The notes beneath the pieces are model-generated. The model saw nothing but the letters and a program-made list of their open reading frames with translations. It did not search any database and was not told the DNA's origin. Source: Balanoglossus misakiensis (lineage: Eukaryota > Animalia > Hemichordata). From it: a stretch of 64,000 nt of DNA. The stretch lies in NCBI GenBank assembly GCA_040954595.2, contig CM082596.2:4918181-4982180 (forward strand). Direction: 5' to 3'. Both the position numbers and the translations under genes were made by a program. This document shows positions 40,867 to 53,617 of the stretch, in pieces (position 1 is the stretch's first letter; every line of letters starts with the position of its first letter).

Positions 40867-40949
40867 CCCTTTCACCCCATCTCTCTAAATAGAGATCCAA
40901 CTTTACCATAGAAAACAAAGATTTGGACCAAACCATGGTGGTAAAAGGG
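40867..40949. mobile_element. Second copy of the piggyBac-like MITE at 5417-5501
   Basis: TTAA|CCCTTTCACCCC...TTTGGACCAAACCATGGTGGTAAAAGGG, highly similar to 5417-5501. Confidence 0.7.
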
Positions 40950-42191
40950 TAAAGCAATACCAAATGATTTGATACACAGGATCACATCGGTTATTATATA
41001 TGATTACAACACACACCACTGCACATGAAAATGAAACTGTCAGCTTCTGCTATTTTGAAAATTATCAAAACCTGTATGTTTCAGACCTGCACCACCAATC
41101 GCTACACTTTATACTAGGAGATATGTACTAGGACGAGAGGGGGTTATTTCAGGTGATCGGGAAGGCATTTACCGAGCAAGATGTCTGAAACCAGTCAAGC
41201 GATGAAGCTAATGATTAATCGCGGATATATATGAACTAGGACATGACTTTACGGACTGTAGCCATCGATTTGACCTGTTGTACACATCGCACGTACGGGG
41301 TCAAGTAAACGAACTGTGTAAGTTTTATCTCGAATGTTACTTTCTCAGGAGGGATCGGTCATACCAAATAGTTGCACTTTACTTACAGTATATTGGCTTC
41401 CTTCTGGTCGCTTTTGAGCAACACGGACGTCAGTTTTGTTGGCCGATTTCCTCCGGAAAGATAGCTTGCACACCCCAGCAGATCCCTGATGTTGACACCC
41501 AGTATTGAATCACGTGACATAATATAACCTTTGACACGACGTATCCCAGTGTACCATTCACAATATGGTGGAAAAGTTGTGAGGAAGTACGCTGTCTGTC
41601 ACGTCGAGACGATTGGAAACCCGTTTTACGGAAATGTGAAGAGTTTCAATCCGTGTAAGTGGTGGAAAAACATTTAACGCCTTTCTGAGCTCCTTTGTGC
41701 ATCGTCAGTTACCCGGGAATCGAGTATAAACGCTTAAAACTGACTATTTACCTGTGTGCTCGTGATCATATTTGAGTTCTCCAAGTTTCAAGCGCCATCA
41801 TTCAAAAGCGCTCAGAATTCGACGGGGTGCTGCATTTCAACCCAAATCTCGACAATTTTAAAATGTAGTTTGGGACGTACCTACATATACCATCTGCGGT
41901 CCTGACATCAGAGAAATGGCGTACGGGCCGCCTATTTTGAGATTTAGACGACCACACCCAAAGATGTAGGATCGCTCTATTGCAGACTACACATGTAACA
42001 GACGACGGAGAGCTGGTACAGTATGGCCGTACAACATGTTGGGTGCCAATTCTATAACAGTACCAGATGTAATATGACGAACAGTTTGTGCTGAGAAACG
42101 CAGACGAGGTAACAGAGGTGAACAACCCCAACCTCATAGACATTTTTACTACTTTTCAAACTTTTTTTCCACTCGGAATCGACGAAAAACA

Positions 42192-45100
42192 ATGGCGAGT
42201 GCTGTTGCCTCGACATCTTCCAATAGACTACCGGGAGATCGGTATAAAATAAACTCTCATGTGACGAACCCTGCGTATGTGACTGAAATCAGTCAATCAG
42301 ACACACGATGCTCACCGCAGGATGCGCTGAAACAGATGCAGTCGTTAGATCTGTGTGACATCACTGTCATCAACCCACTCTTTCTCTCAGGAATTCCCTT
42401 CTCAGACCCTGTAAGTATGCCTCTTATTTTATTCTTTAATTAATTAAAGGGCATGTTCTTCATTGACTTTGTCTTAAAAGACAAATAATTCAGAGTCAAC
42501 AAGAAAAGTTCTTATATAGCACACACATACACAAGAACTAATGCGAGATTAAAAATTGACTGCTGGTAGTAATAGAACAGTCAGTTATTGCTATTGTATA
42601 TTTTTAATATGCAGTGTATGTTGTTAAAGTATGTTGTTAAAGTTTATGAAATATAATCCTAGACACTGACAATAGAACATATAATACACCTCCCCCCTCA
42701 TCAAAGGGGCTTCGGTTAGAGACACTGTGTTTGCCAGAATGAGTCATCTGTAATGGTTGCTGTACAAATAATCTGGGACCCATTCATAAAAAATGAGTAC
42801 TAGTATTTACCCATCTGATAACCATTATTCACTTCAGGCATGGCAAAACTTATTTTTCATAGCAGCAATGTGAAATTTTATTATTTATTTGGACATACTT
42901 TCTGGTAAGCAAAACCAAGGTGGGTCTGTTCATTGCATTTCCATGTGTAAAGGTACAGCCAATTACTATATTGTTAACAGATGGGTGGGTCCAAGCTGCG
43001 GTAGTGACAGAGGTCAAAGGTCAGTGATGCCTGAAGGTTTTATTTAACCCAGTTCAATTTCCTTTCCTCATTGTAGGAGATCAACAGGTTTTGCACTGTT
43101 GACATGGTTGTGAAGAACCAGTTCTTTGGCATGGGTGTACCCCGATACGACAGAATACAGCCGCCAAGGGAAAACAGCCTATTCAGGTAAAACACCACTT
43201 CAACGGCTGTACATTGTACTTCACCCATTGAAGGACCCGCGGTCTTTGTTTACAGTGGTGGTGTTTTCAACTTGACTATCCCAGGCTTTCTAGCTTCATT
43301 GCATTACATTGCACAATTAAAACAATAGCCCCGGGACCTTTGTTCCCAAACGGGGACACACCCTGCTTGTTATTGTTAGAAAAACAATAGATGCGTTTCA
43401 CACGGCTTTTGTGTGCAACGAAAGCAGTCACACCAATTAAAATGTCTGTCATAGAAATAGCATTGCTGTTGTTGATGTTGTTAGAAAAAAATATACATAC
43501 TTTTCTTGTAGCCAAAGTTGGGTGGACGAGTATCCTCTTCATAGTGCAGCGCTAGAGGGTGATATTCCAAGAATAAAGCAGCTGTTGAGGGAAGGCCATA
43601 ACCCTCACACACCAGACAAGGATGCCTGGGCACCTATACACTGTGCTGCTTGGTGAGTAGTATCTGTATATACGTAAAAATAGTCATCTTCTAAATAGCT
43701 GCTTTTGTATACTATGTGTATGTAGATATCTTGATTGTGGGGCTTGCATTCTAGGTGACTTACCATATTCAGTTATGAAAAGTTGTAAAAAAGTAATTTT
43801 TAGTTGATGTTCTATGCTATGAATTCTGTATTTGATAACACTGGATTCCTTCCATGCTTGATTACGTAGGTACGGCAAAGCAGAGGCTGTGAAGGTACTT
43901 CTTCAACAAGGAAGATGTTCTCCTACAATAGCGTAAGTGGACGGTCCATCATACCATGTGCCCTAAATGTCTTGTCATTTTAGTTTTAGGCATATGTAAT
44001 CTTTGTAATTTAATTTCACCACTCAGCAAGTGTTTGAATCAAACATGGAATACATTATCTAATGTTGCTACGTTTTATGTGATTCGTTCTCAGTAATGGG
44101 ACCGGCTCCACCCCGTTGCATTTTGCTGCCATGAAAGGTTACGCCAGAGTCGTGAGAGTACTGCTTGCTAATCAAGAGATTGACAAGGTGAGACCCTTCC
44201 ACCCCCCTGTTTACAGTGTTGATGAGTCCAACTTAAACTTTCACAGAGAACATATTCTAGTACAGTCACCCCCGGGATATTTACCCACTGTCCACATACC
44301 CCAGTCAGTTTCTTGTCCCTGTTTGATGTTGACAGTCCGCTGTGGATAAGGACAACAAGACGCCGTTGCAGCTGTGTGAAGAGTGCCAGGAAAACGAATG
44401 GGAGCAAGTGTCTGGCATGCTGCGTGAAGCCTTGAGGAAACCGGTGAGTGTATATCCATCAGTATTGGCATACACAAAAATGCGTCACTGGTCTTTTACC
44501 AGAGTTAAGATACAAGGTAAAGACGTGTGGATGATTGTTGTGACTGGACAGAGACTCTTACCTGTGTCCAATCATGTAGTGCTTGCATTCGTACTATATG
44601 CTGTATTGATGTGTTGCTTTAACGCCATGTTCTGTATAATTTGCAGGCACCAAAGATTGATGTCCATTTGATGGATCTGGATGGCTCGCATGTTGTACTT
44701 GATCTGGTGTCCGGCAACAACACCACAGTGGAACAGCTTCTGAGGGTAAGTCATGCAAAATTTCAGGCGAGCTAGAGCGAAAAACTGAGAGTTAACGATC
44801 ATCATGCATTCATGTAGCACAAGTAATAAACAAGAAACAGGCAAACAAACATGGCGACAGAAATGACATGCCAATATTCACTGCATTCCTGACATTAACA
44901 TAATTCTTCATTTCCTGACAGCAACTGGATCTGCCAGAAGACTGTGACCATCTCTTTGCAATATGGATTGCATCACAAAATTTACGTAAGTTAAACAATA
45001 CCTTGACTGTGTTCTTTGGTTGGTTTATGTATGCAATATTATCGCTGAAATTATTATTTTCTAAATAGAATCTGATTGTCATTACCGTCATGTAGTTAGT

Positions 45101-48100
45101 TTTCCGTGCATAGTTTGATCATTGCCTGTGATTTCATCCAGTCTCTTAGGGGTACCCATTTTGCTTGTAAGGTGCCTGTGTTCTTTGAATCATTCCCCAT
45201 CCCCCACTTGCAGTCCTTTCATTTTTCCCCCAACTGGGCTCATCCTAAAATTCCATATTCATCGTCTTATCTCCACTTGCAACACTGAGTAACTCGTAAT
45301 TATACACTTACACAGAAATTGTTCTCTTCTCTACATGTACACATTCCCTCCATATGCACATGTAGTTATAAATCCATCTTTAGTGAGGGGTACCTGTCTT
45401 TTCATTCAGTTTAAAAACTATTCTACGCACCCTCTGTACACCCTTTGTCTACTTGAGGAGTATATTTGATATTATTTGTGCACCTAGGGTGTCTGTACTA
45501 GTACTAGTGCTGGTCTTCTCACTGTCTGTGTGTGCTGCCTATCTTCTTGGTTTTTCTCCCATCTTGGTTTTTCTGTGTAGATTTGCAATTAAGGCCCGCC
45601 CATAAGCCTATAATGGAGGTCAGAGACTGGGAGTTCACAATTAGACAGTTCACGAATTACAAACCCGAGCGCGAGAGACCCTACTTGTATTTGCGAAGAA
45701 ACGCTCTGCTGTCTCTGAGAATGGAAAGGCAGGTTGGTAAGACCGGTCCGAATGAGCCTGACAGCCTAGCTTAGTGAAAAAAAGGCACCTGATCTTCAGA
45801 GATGATGAAATGGATTTCATCAAAATCTCTGAAGGATGGTGTATTTTTTTTTTTTTGGCTAGACTGTTACGGACATTCGGGCTGACATTGACTCATCTCG
45901 AACTGAAACTTGAAAGTTGCTTGTTTCCTTTAATTGTACACAGATTTACAAATGCGGCCAGAGCATAAGCCCTTGCTACATATCAAGTCGTGGGAGATCA
46001 TTGTTAAACAATTGACAAACTACAAACCCGAGGCTGAGAAGCCGCGACTCTATATTCGACGCGACGCAAAGTTGCGTCTGTCGGTTGAGAGAGAGGTACG
46101 TTAGGGCGAACAACGAATGCGTTGTTAAAAAAAAAACGAGGTGGTGTTTCACTTTTTTTTTTGGTGTACGTAAGTTGGGTACACTTATTTGTTAATTGAT
46201 CATAACACGACACCGTTGCTGGCATAGCTTAGCTGGTGGCAGGATTGTGAATAATACACGTGCTGTGCAGTAACCGTAGTAACAGTGATGAAATGTAACC
46301 ATCACTCACAAATGTCGTAAAAGCGTGATTAATCACTAAATCATAACCAACATGTTTGTTCATTTACGCATTTACATGTATGTTAATTTATGTTAATGTA
46401 CGTCCATCGTGATTTTAGAAATTAGGCAACTCGCTACATGAAAGCACTTTAAGATAACATGTTTGTATGTTTGTCCAGAAATAATGAATATTAAAACAAA
46501 AAATAACACAAAATAACTGAATTTTTTCTGATGACATGGTGGTGAAAGGGTTAATTAAGTCATCTGGTGAAATCTGAGTTCTGGGAAGTTATAAACTGAC
46601 GCTATCCCAACAGAAATTGACTGCAAAGTTTAGAATTATACATATTGACAGTATAGAACATTGACTTGCTTGGCCTTGTAATCAAATTTGCTGCACACAA
46701 GAATAATGCTTAGCTTTGCATTCACACCAAGAATGTTGCATATTTGCCACACTCATAAAGCACGTGGTACACTTTTGTGGGTGAGTTGCCATTCATTTCA
46801 TTTGCTGTGATTGACAGTAAAGTAACATGGAGATGGACCCCAATTAAAATCAATTTGCATGTACATATAATCATTTACAAGGTTTGAAAGGCATTCTCAT
46901 TCTCCAGCAGTTCACACTAACCCACACCAAAGTGACCCAAAGGATAATGCACCAATAAAAACAAAAGAAGTTAAAAACAAAAGTAGTTTTTAAATTACTC
47001 TAGAGGGCAGCAAGATCACGTAGCCATTCTCCACCAAAAAACCAACAACTTGAGAGTATTTCACGTGTCCATGTTCGAACTGCTAAGGAGACATATCTTT
47101 TTTACCAACAGGTTAGGGATCCTCAAGCTATCAAAATGCTCTTCGATGAGTGTGTTCTGAATGTGTTAAAGTCAATGTATCCGACATCAGAGCAGGATGC
47201 GATTGGTCTGGCTGGAATTCTTATGCAGGTGAGTATTGTGTTGTACAGCTGGTGCCTTTTTGAGCCCCACAGAGAACTTCCGTAGGGAGGCTCTGTAGAG
47301 ATATGCACAGTGTTATAAAAGTTGACTAGAAAAATGAAAAGAACTTTCTGTAGTGTTTCTGTTCATGATTTTCATTTTCTCCGACACAACAGATCATTTA
47401 CGGGGACCATGATCCTAAAAAGCACAGATCAGGATTTCTTAAGTAAGTACAAATCATTTCATCCAGTACTGTCATTCAACACTGTAAACAAATTATTTTT
47501 TGTTTAGCTTTTCACCTTTGTTGATTGATGAACTGCCATGGTTGTATTTTACAGCAACATCAATCTGCGGCATTTCATCCCGGCTATGAAGCTAGTTGGT
47601 CGATCGCAGGGTAAATCGGTCAACTGGCCTCAGAAGATCGTGCAGGAACACAAGAATGTCACAGCCAAGGGCATCAAGGAGACTATGGTAAGTAAGAACA
47701 ATGCTGTATTCTCATCTCTGTCTCCCAACAATCAGTCTGTTGTTGTTGTTGTTGTTGTTGTTGTATAAATATGCCCTCAATAGAATGCGTCTCTTGCTGT
47801 CTACAAACCATGATATACCAACCTGGTCACAACATGACTACTCCCTTTGTTATATTCCCCCACATTAGAAATGGGAGCAACAGTGCCTTTGACACTATTT
47901 TTTTACTGCCTGTAAGTTGATTACTATTATTCTCTACAACATCACTCTATCACCTGCCATGCAGTTTACAATGAATATATTCCTTCTTTCCGTTTAGAAA
48001 TTACATGTGATGTATTTAGAGTACTGCCGGAGTCGTTTTCCTGCCTACGGATCTGCCTTCTTCTTTGGTTTCGCTCCTCCGGAGACGGGAGGCAGAAATC

Positions 48101-48862
48101 CGGTGGGGGTTTACATCGGAGTCAATTCACAAGGAATTCATCTCATCAAAGCGGATACTAAGGTAAGAATGGCTTTTTTATTTTGCTGTGTTACAGACCC
48201 GTTTGTCCACTGCTCTCGACAATAGACTATGGTGTTATCATTGATAACATTTTTTGTTGGATTTTGTTTCCCAGAGCATGTTGTACTCTGCCAAGTATGG
48301 AGGTCTGCAGTGGGAGTGCGCGCTCGACAAGGGACAGTTTAAACTCTTCAGAAAATCACAACCGTCGCGGACCATTGAAATCAGGACCAAACAGGTAGAG
48401 TATTAAAACTCAGACCGCTTTTCTGGGCCATCGCAGGATTCTCAGCTGCTGCTGTTTCAGGCAGTGTACGTGTATGCCATCTGCAAGTTGCAAAGAAAGT
48501 GATAATTTATGCTGTTAAGCATATTGCTGGACAGGCATCATGCTGTTTGTAACACATAATCTCAAATGCTGTAACTATTTAATGCGATTTCCAATGCTGT
48601 ACTGTATAATGTACTATTCAAGTATTCTTATGTTTTTCTGTCTGACTTTGTTTCCCAGGCTGCCATCATCTGTAACTTGATGGGCAAACTCTCAGGGCAG
48701 CTGCCCAACCCCCTGGCGCAACACAAGTCATTTCAGCACCCGCCACACCACAGGGGTTCCAGTCCGGACTCCTATCAGCTTCAGCAGAGCGCCAGCTCAC
48801 CCTCGGAGTTGTATCGACTGCCGCCACCCCGGCGGAGCTCGAGTTCAAGTTCGAAAAGGTAG
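42192..48862 (+). CDS. KRIT1: KRIT1 (CCM1) ortholog: NPxY/F motifs, ankyrin repeats, FERM domain
   Basis: Spliced translation: ..VTNPAY..VINPLF..VVKNQFFGMG..; WVDEYPLHSAALEGD..DAWAPIHCAAWYG; GSTPLHFAA; FERM ..FAIWIASQNLHLQLRP(A)HKP..; LEYCRSRFPAYGSAFF; VYIGVNSQGIHLI; C-terminal AAIICNLMGKLSGQL. The motifs are colinear with KRIT1 as I recall it. Confidence 0.9.
45581..45732 (+). CDS. KRIT1: KRIT1 FERM-F1 exon, variant A
   Basis: ag|AT LQLRPAHKPIMEVRDWEFTIRQFTNYKPERERPYLYLRRNALLSLRMERQ|gt; 152 nt. Confidence 0.85.
45944..46095 (+). CDS. KRIT1: KRIT1 FERM-F1 exon, variant B (tandem duplicate)
   Basis: ag|AT LQMRPEHKPLLHIKSWEIIVKQLTNYKPEAEKPRLYIRRDAKLRLSVERE|gt; 152 nt, no stops. Confidence 0.85.
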
Positions 48863-50668
48863 CAGAGTGCTTTTACGGGAGCCATGTCCGGGAGATCATG
48901 ACCCAGAGACTGTCTGCTGTTCTGTGTGGCTAATCGCAGTGCGCTAGAGCCTGACTCTAGCGAGCGAGCTTTTCATCAAATCGTGGACTCGTATTATTCT
49001 AGAGTTTAAAACAAAGAAAGTAATCACTTTCTTCTAATACCAGCATTTATGTTTAGGTTTCCATACATGTACATTATCCATTTTAAAGTAGAGAAAATTC
49101 TAATACTCTTTATGTCAAATACAATACAGATACAAAATGCTGCTCAAAGTGCTTTTTATATTTATACATGGACACTTTGCACCATAGTAGGAGCTGTCTG
49201 ATTGGTTAAATGTTTTCCAGGAAACCAATCAGCTCAAAGCTTCCATACACACAAGTAATCAGTAAGTTAGCAATATAAGTATAAAGTACACTTCTATAGA
49301 GTTAATTTTATTTAATTTATTCAAGTTTTTGTAAAGTAAAAGTAAATAGACATGTACACCAAAGAATTTGAGTTTCAGAAAATGTAAAACATGTTTTGAA
49401 TTGCTTGAAAGTTGACTTATTTTCTGTTGAAAGCTCAAAACCTCTTGGTGTAGATGCCTGATGCTATATTAGCATTGGAATTTTGATTTGTGTTCTCATA
49501 AAGTAATGCCTTCAAACTTGATTTTTCTTTTCGTATTGTTGTCATCATAATGTCGGATCCTTTGTCTGTTTTAATTTGAAGAGTTGTATTTTTAATTGGA
49601 GTTTTGCAGTGTTCAGTGATTGGAATGTTGTCTGATGTGTTGCACATTCATCACCTTGGTATCAAGACAGTCACCCCCTGGACCACCCCAACCAGTTAGG
49701 TTTATGGTGTGTGTAATATGCATGGTGGTTACATGTCCAGGGGGTGCCTTTCCTAGTACCTTTTCACCACAGAAAGCACTCCCAGTCCATTTACAGAATA
49801 CATGTGAATAAACACAACAGGATTTCAGCGGTCCAATCAAAGTCCAGGTTTCAAAATATTCAAATGAATGTCAAAATCACCGTCTGTAGTCAATTTATGT
49901 CATAAATTCAGGAATTTCTTGGTCTTGAACTCTGTGAGAATAAACTTCATGTTTCAAAAGTCCCTGTAAAAATTCTTTACACAGATCAGGCTTGATCAGT
50001 GGGTGTAGTTTAGGAGATATTATTCGGAAGCTCACGTAACACAAAATGTGTCTGGAGATTGAAACGTTGACCATTTTGTAACAGAAATGGTTGTAACAAA
50101 ATAAAATAGTTTTTACAAAGTAACTGTGGTCATGTTTTATTCCCGAAATCACAACATACAGTACAGTAGTAATTCAATGTGATTGGCTACACATATGTAG
50201 TAATAATTCTATCTGATTGGCCAACACAAACTCGTGGTTACTAGGAAAGAGTAACACATTCAAGTAACACTTTATTTCATTGGTTGACACCATACAAAGC
50301 AAAACCCGATCTGATTGGCTGACCAAAGGGCAATTTTCGGATGCCCTAAAGAGGGCGCTCTCAAAACAGTTCGCGCGCAATGGAGGCTACTACAGGTCCA
50401 TGGAAGTTGTGGAACTCCAAATTGTTCATATTCCTGGGCACGACACGAAGAATAACAAGAAATCTACGGTGTACAGGAAAGGACCAAACCACAGCTTGGA
50501 ATGGGCCGGGATTGTTTTGCAGAGGTAAGACTTTATAAGTTGTTTTGGCCACGACGAAAAACAGTCGCGTTGGCGCGAAATTTGTTCACCTCAGCCATGC
50601 CGAAAATAGCCGCGGGACAGGTGCAACATTTGTTTACTTAAATAAGCCAGTGGTATTTGACTTGGGAG

Positions 50669-53617
50669 TCATATACCACACAAAGAAAGTGATTTTCTCA
50701 GCGTCGATTCCACAGACAGACTCACTCTGCATCCATTTTCTTTATTTTGACCGCGTCTCAGTTCCCTTTTCACCTGATCTAAAATAGTCACCACGTTATA
50801 TTCAGGTGACAGTGCGTCCAATTTTTCGGCTAATCTCGTCATGTACGTCGATTCGGTATCCGGCTCGGCCCGTCCGTGATAGGTGCAGTTGGCCAAGAAA
50901 TAGTCAAAGTCGTTCGGCAGCATGGCGTCCGAGTCCCGAGGTCCGTCGGACATGACAACTTCGCAGGGCGTGTCCGGATTCAGGCTGTACCCGGCGAAGG
51001 ACACCTGGATCGTCTCTGTCCTCACTAGCGTGTTGGACGAGTCCACCTTCGGCCCCAGGTAGGTCTCCGTGAAGAAGATCTTCGGCTTGTAGCCGAGAGA
51101 TGGCGCCCTTCGGCCGTTGAAGTTGGCGATGAACTGCTGGAGACTGATGGCAATGCCGTCCGAGCCGTACACGTGGCTCGATGTACCACGTGACAAGATA
51201 CAGCAAATGAAAGAGTCGTAGGCTTTGTGGTCTTTGCTGCAGTAAGTGTCCGATTTGTGGATGAGTTGTTCCGCTGTGAGGTCCACATACACACACACCA
51301 AATATCCAAGTCGTTGGAAAACGGTACGAAGATGTTCTGAAAAAAAATGTTAAAACAGAATACACTTGTACCATCGATACAATGTTATCGCCTAAACAAG
51401 AAAGTTTGAATTCTGTTCATCTTTTCCTCAAAACGTATTTAATTTAGTAGACGGCGTCCGCCAACAAGACAATGCTGCTTGAATTTCAAATCTACAGTAT
51501 AGTATGGACATACATGTACATTCAATTCTAAAACTTGCAATGAGAAGGGTTAAGATTTATCGTTTTGTGATGGCCCCGAAGCGGCAGTTGTCGACCGACG
51601 CTAACAAAGTACAAAATCTCGGGTAAATGGTACGCGCTTGCCGTGACAAACATATTAAGTGTGTTCTGGGGCTATATCATCCAGGTACTATATATGCGCG
51701 CAGGTGGCGAGCAGGGCAGACGTTACCTGCAGGAAATTGTCTATCATTGAACACTTTATGTACCTCGTTAATAAAACACACGAAGCGTGTTTTTTCAAGA
51801 ACGCTTCAGTTGTTGTAGCGGGAAACAGAAAGCATGAAAGACAGATTGGAACGGCATATTCTGGTTCCCTTGCTAATACCAGTCGCCTATGAGTTGATTG
51901 TATTCCTTTAAACTTGTAAAGGTTTCTAACGCCTTGCGGATTTATATTTTAGGAGTCAGGAATGCTAACGAAGTCATAAAATGGGGAAGTATTCTAAGGG
52001 GTCTGTGATATGATCGTGACCATGACCACCGTGCATGACGTCACAATAAACCTTTACAACGGTGATTATAATAATGTTCTCAGTCAATTTAGCTATGTAA
52101 ACTGCTTTCGCAATCATATCGACGATTTTACAGACATATGAAACAAGTAATGTGATAGAACGTTGATATCAAATAATCAAAACTTAATAAATCGGCATAT
52201 CTTAATAGGGGAGATAAAATGACAGGATTTCACGTTACAATCAGGCGAGTGGAATTTACCATGTGGCAAAACAAACAATCAAATATGCTAAAGGAAATTG
52301 TCAAACCAAGCCGAGGAAATTACTCGTTTACGCACAAAACCAAACTAGACGTATAAATCACTGCTTCAATAGGAAGGCATATTATTGATTCTATTTCAAG
52401 TGTATACCTGTTCAAAGAAATATTATGTCATCTAACGTGTGTGTGATGATATTATTTATCTCTCTGTTAATTGAAGTGTGTTTTTTTACTTCCACTTGTT
52501 AAAGCGGAGTTGTATCCATGACTTCGCAAATATTGTCTTTTAATAACTGGATTCGTTTAGCAAAACATCATTTCTTTTTACATACAAACTCATCATTGCA
52601 TGAATTGTGCGAATGACAATAGGACGCCCACCATAATCTGTCCCAAATGAAATTCAAATTCGCATATTTCAGTTAGTAAACGCCTTCTGTGAATTAGAGG
52701 CCTGGAAATTTGAGCACTAGAAATCACAATTTTTGATTTTTTGTGTAATGGTGCATCGGGAATGTTAATAGTTTGTTTTTCATACCTCCGTAATTCACAA
52801 GTGCAACATTTACGAACCTACTTTAAACCGTAATTATTACATCAGAGAAATTTACGATTGGAGACTTGGGCAGCGGTGTATTGCATACCTTACTAACACG
52901 ATACTGCTTTACAGGACAGGAATTTTCGGGTGGCAACAAAGACTTAATCAATCTGGCAGATATGATTGGTTTTAGCGATAGGCCCGGTCGAACACTGGTG
53001 CAACGTAACCTTGATGTAAAAATCAGCTTCAGATTGTTATGAATTACGTAAAGGGATGGGGCAGATCGTTTTCTCCTGATAACTTGTTACTCGCTTGTTA
53101 ATCATAGATACCAATGTATACATTATCTATAGGTGATTATAAATACAACAATCGCGTAATATACATTATTGTTGCTGTTGATGTTGTTTCCCTTCTACTG
53201 ACATCAACATTTCAATTCTTAGTTGTTTATTTAAAACTGGCATGTAAAGAGGAAGACGATCCATAAGGTATGTTGTGTGACATGCGATATAGCTTTCAAG
53301 GTTGATGAGAAAATGACAAGATAACACTTACCAACTTCATCCTTGACATTCGGTCGTTGCTTGAGTTCAACACTGCCGGGATTATCGCTGTCTCTATTGA
53401 AATGCTCGTTGGCTATGATGACAGCCAGGCCGTGGGGTCGGGAGTACATCTTGTACGACTTCGGCCCCTTCCGCTGCGATTTCCTGAGCAGCGCACTGAA
53501 CGCTGTCTCGTCCCTGTGCAGTGAGGAGCAGGCGTCGACGGCACCGCCGATTGCCTCCCTAGGCGGGTTGCCGTTAACTCCGTCGTACTCCCCAGCGTGG
53601 TCACAATTAACCTGCAT
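50669..53617 (-). CDS. Caspase-like (p20/p10) protein A, predicted catalytically inactive; coding exons 53617-53332 and 51336-50669
   Basis: YKMYSRPHGLAVIIANEHF..R..DEVEHLRTVFQRLGY..DLT..FICCILSRGT..VYGSDG..PSLGYKPKIFFTETYLG..SVESTLRKSL; phase-1 junction G|AA is in frame. Confidence 0.85.
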
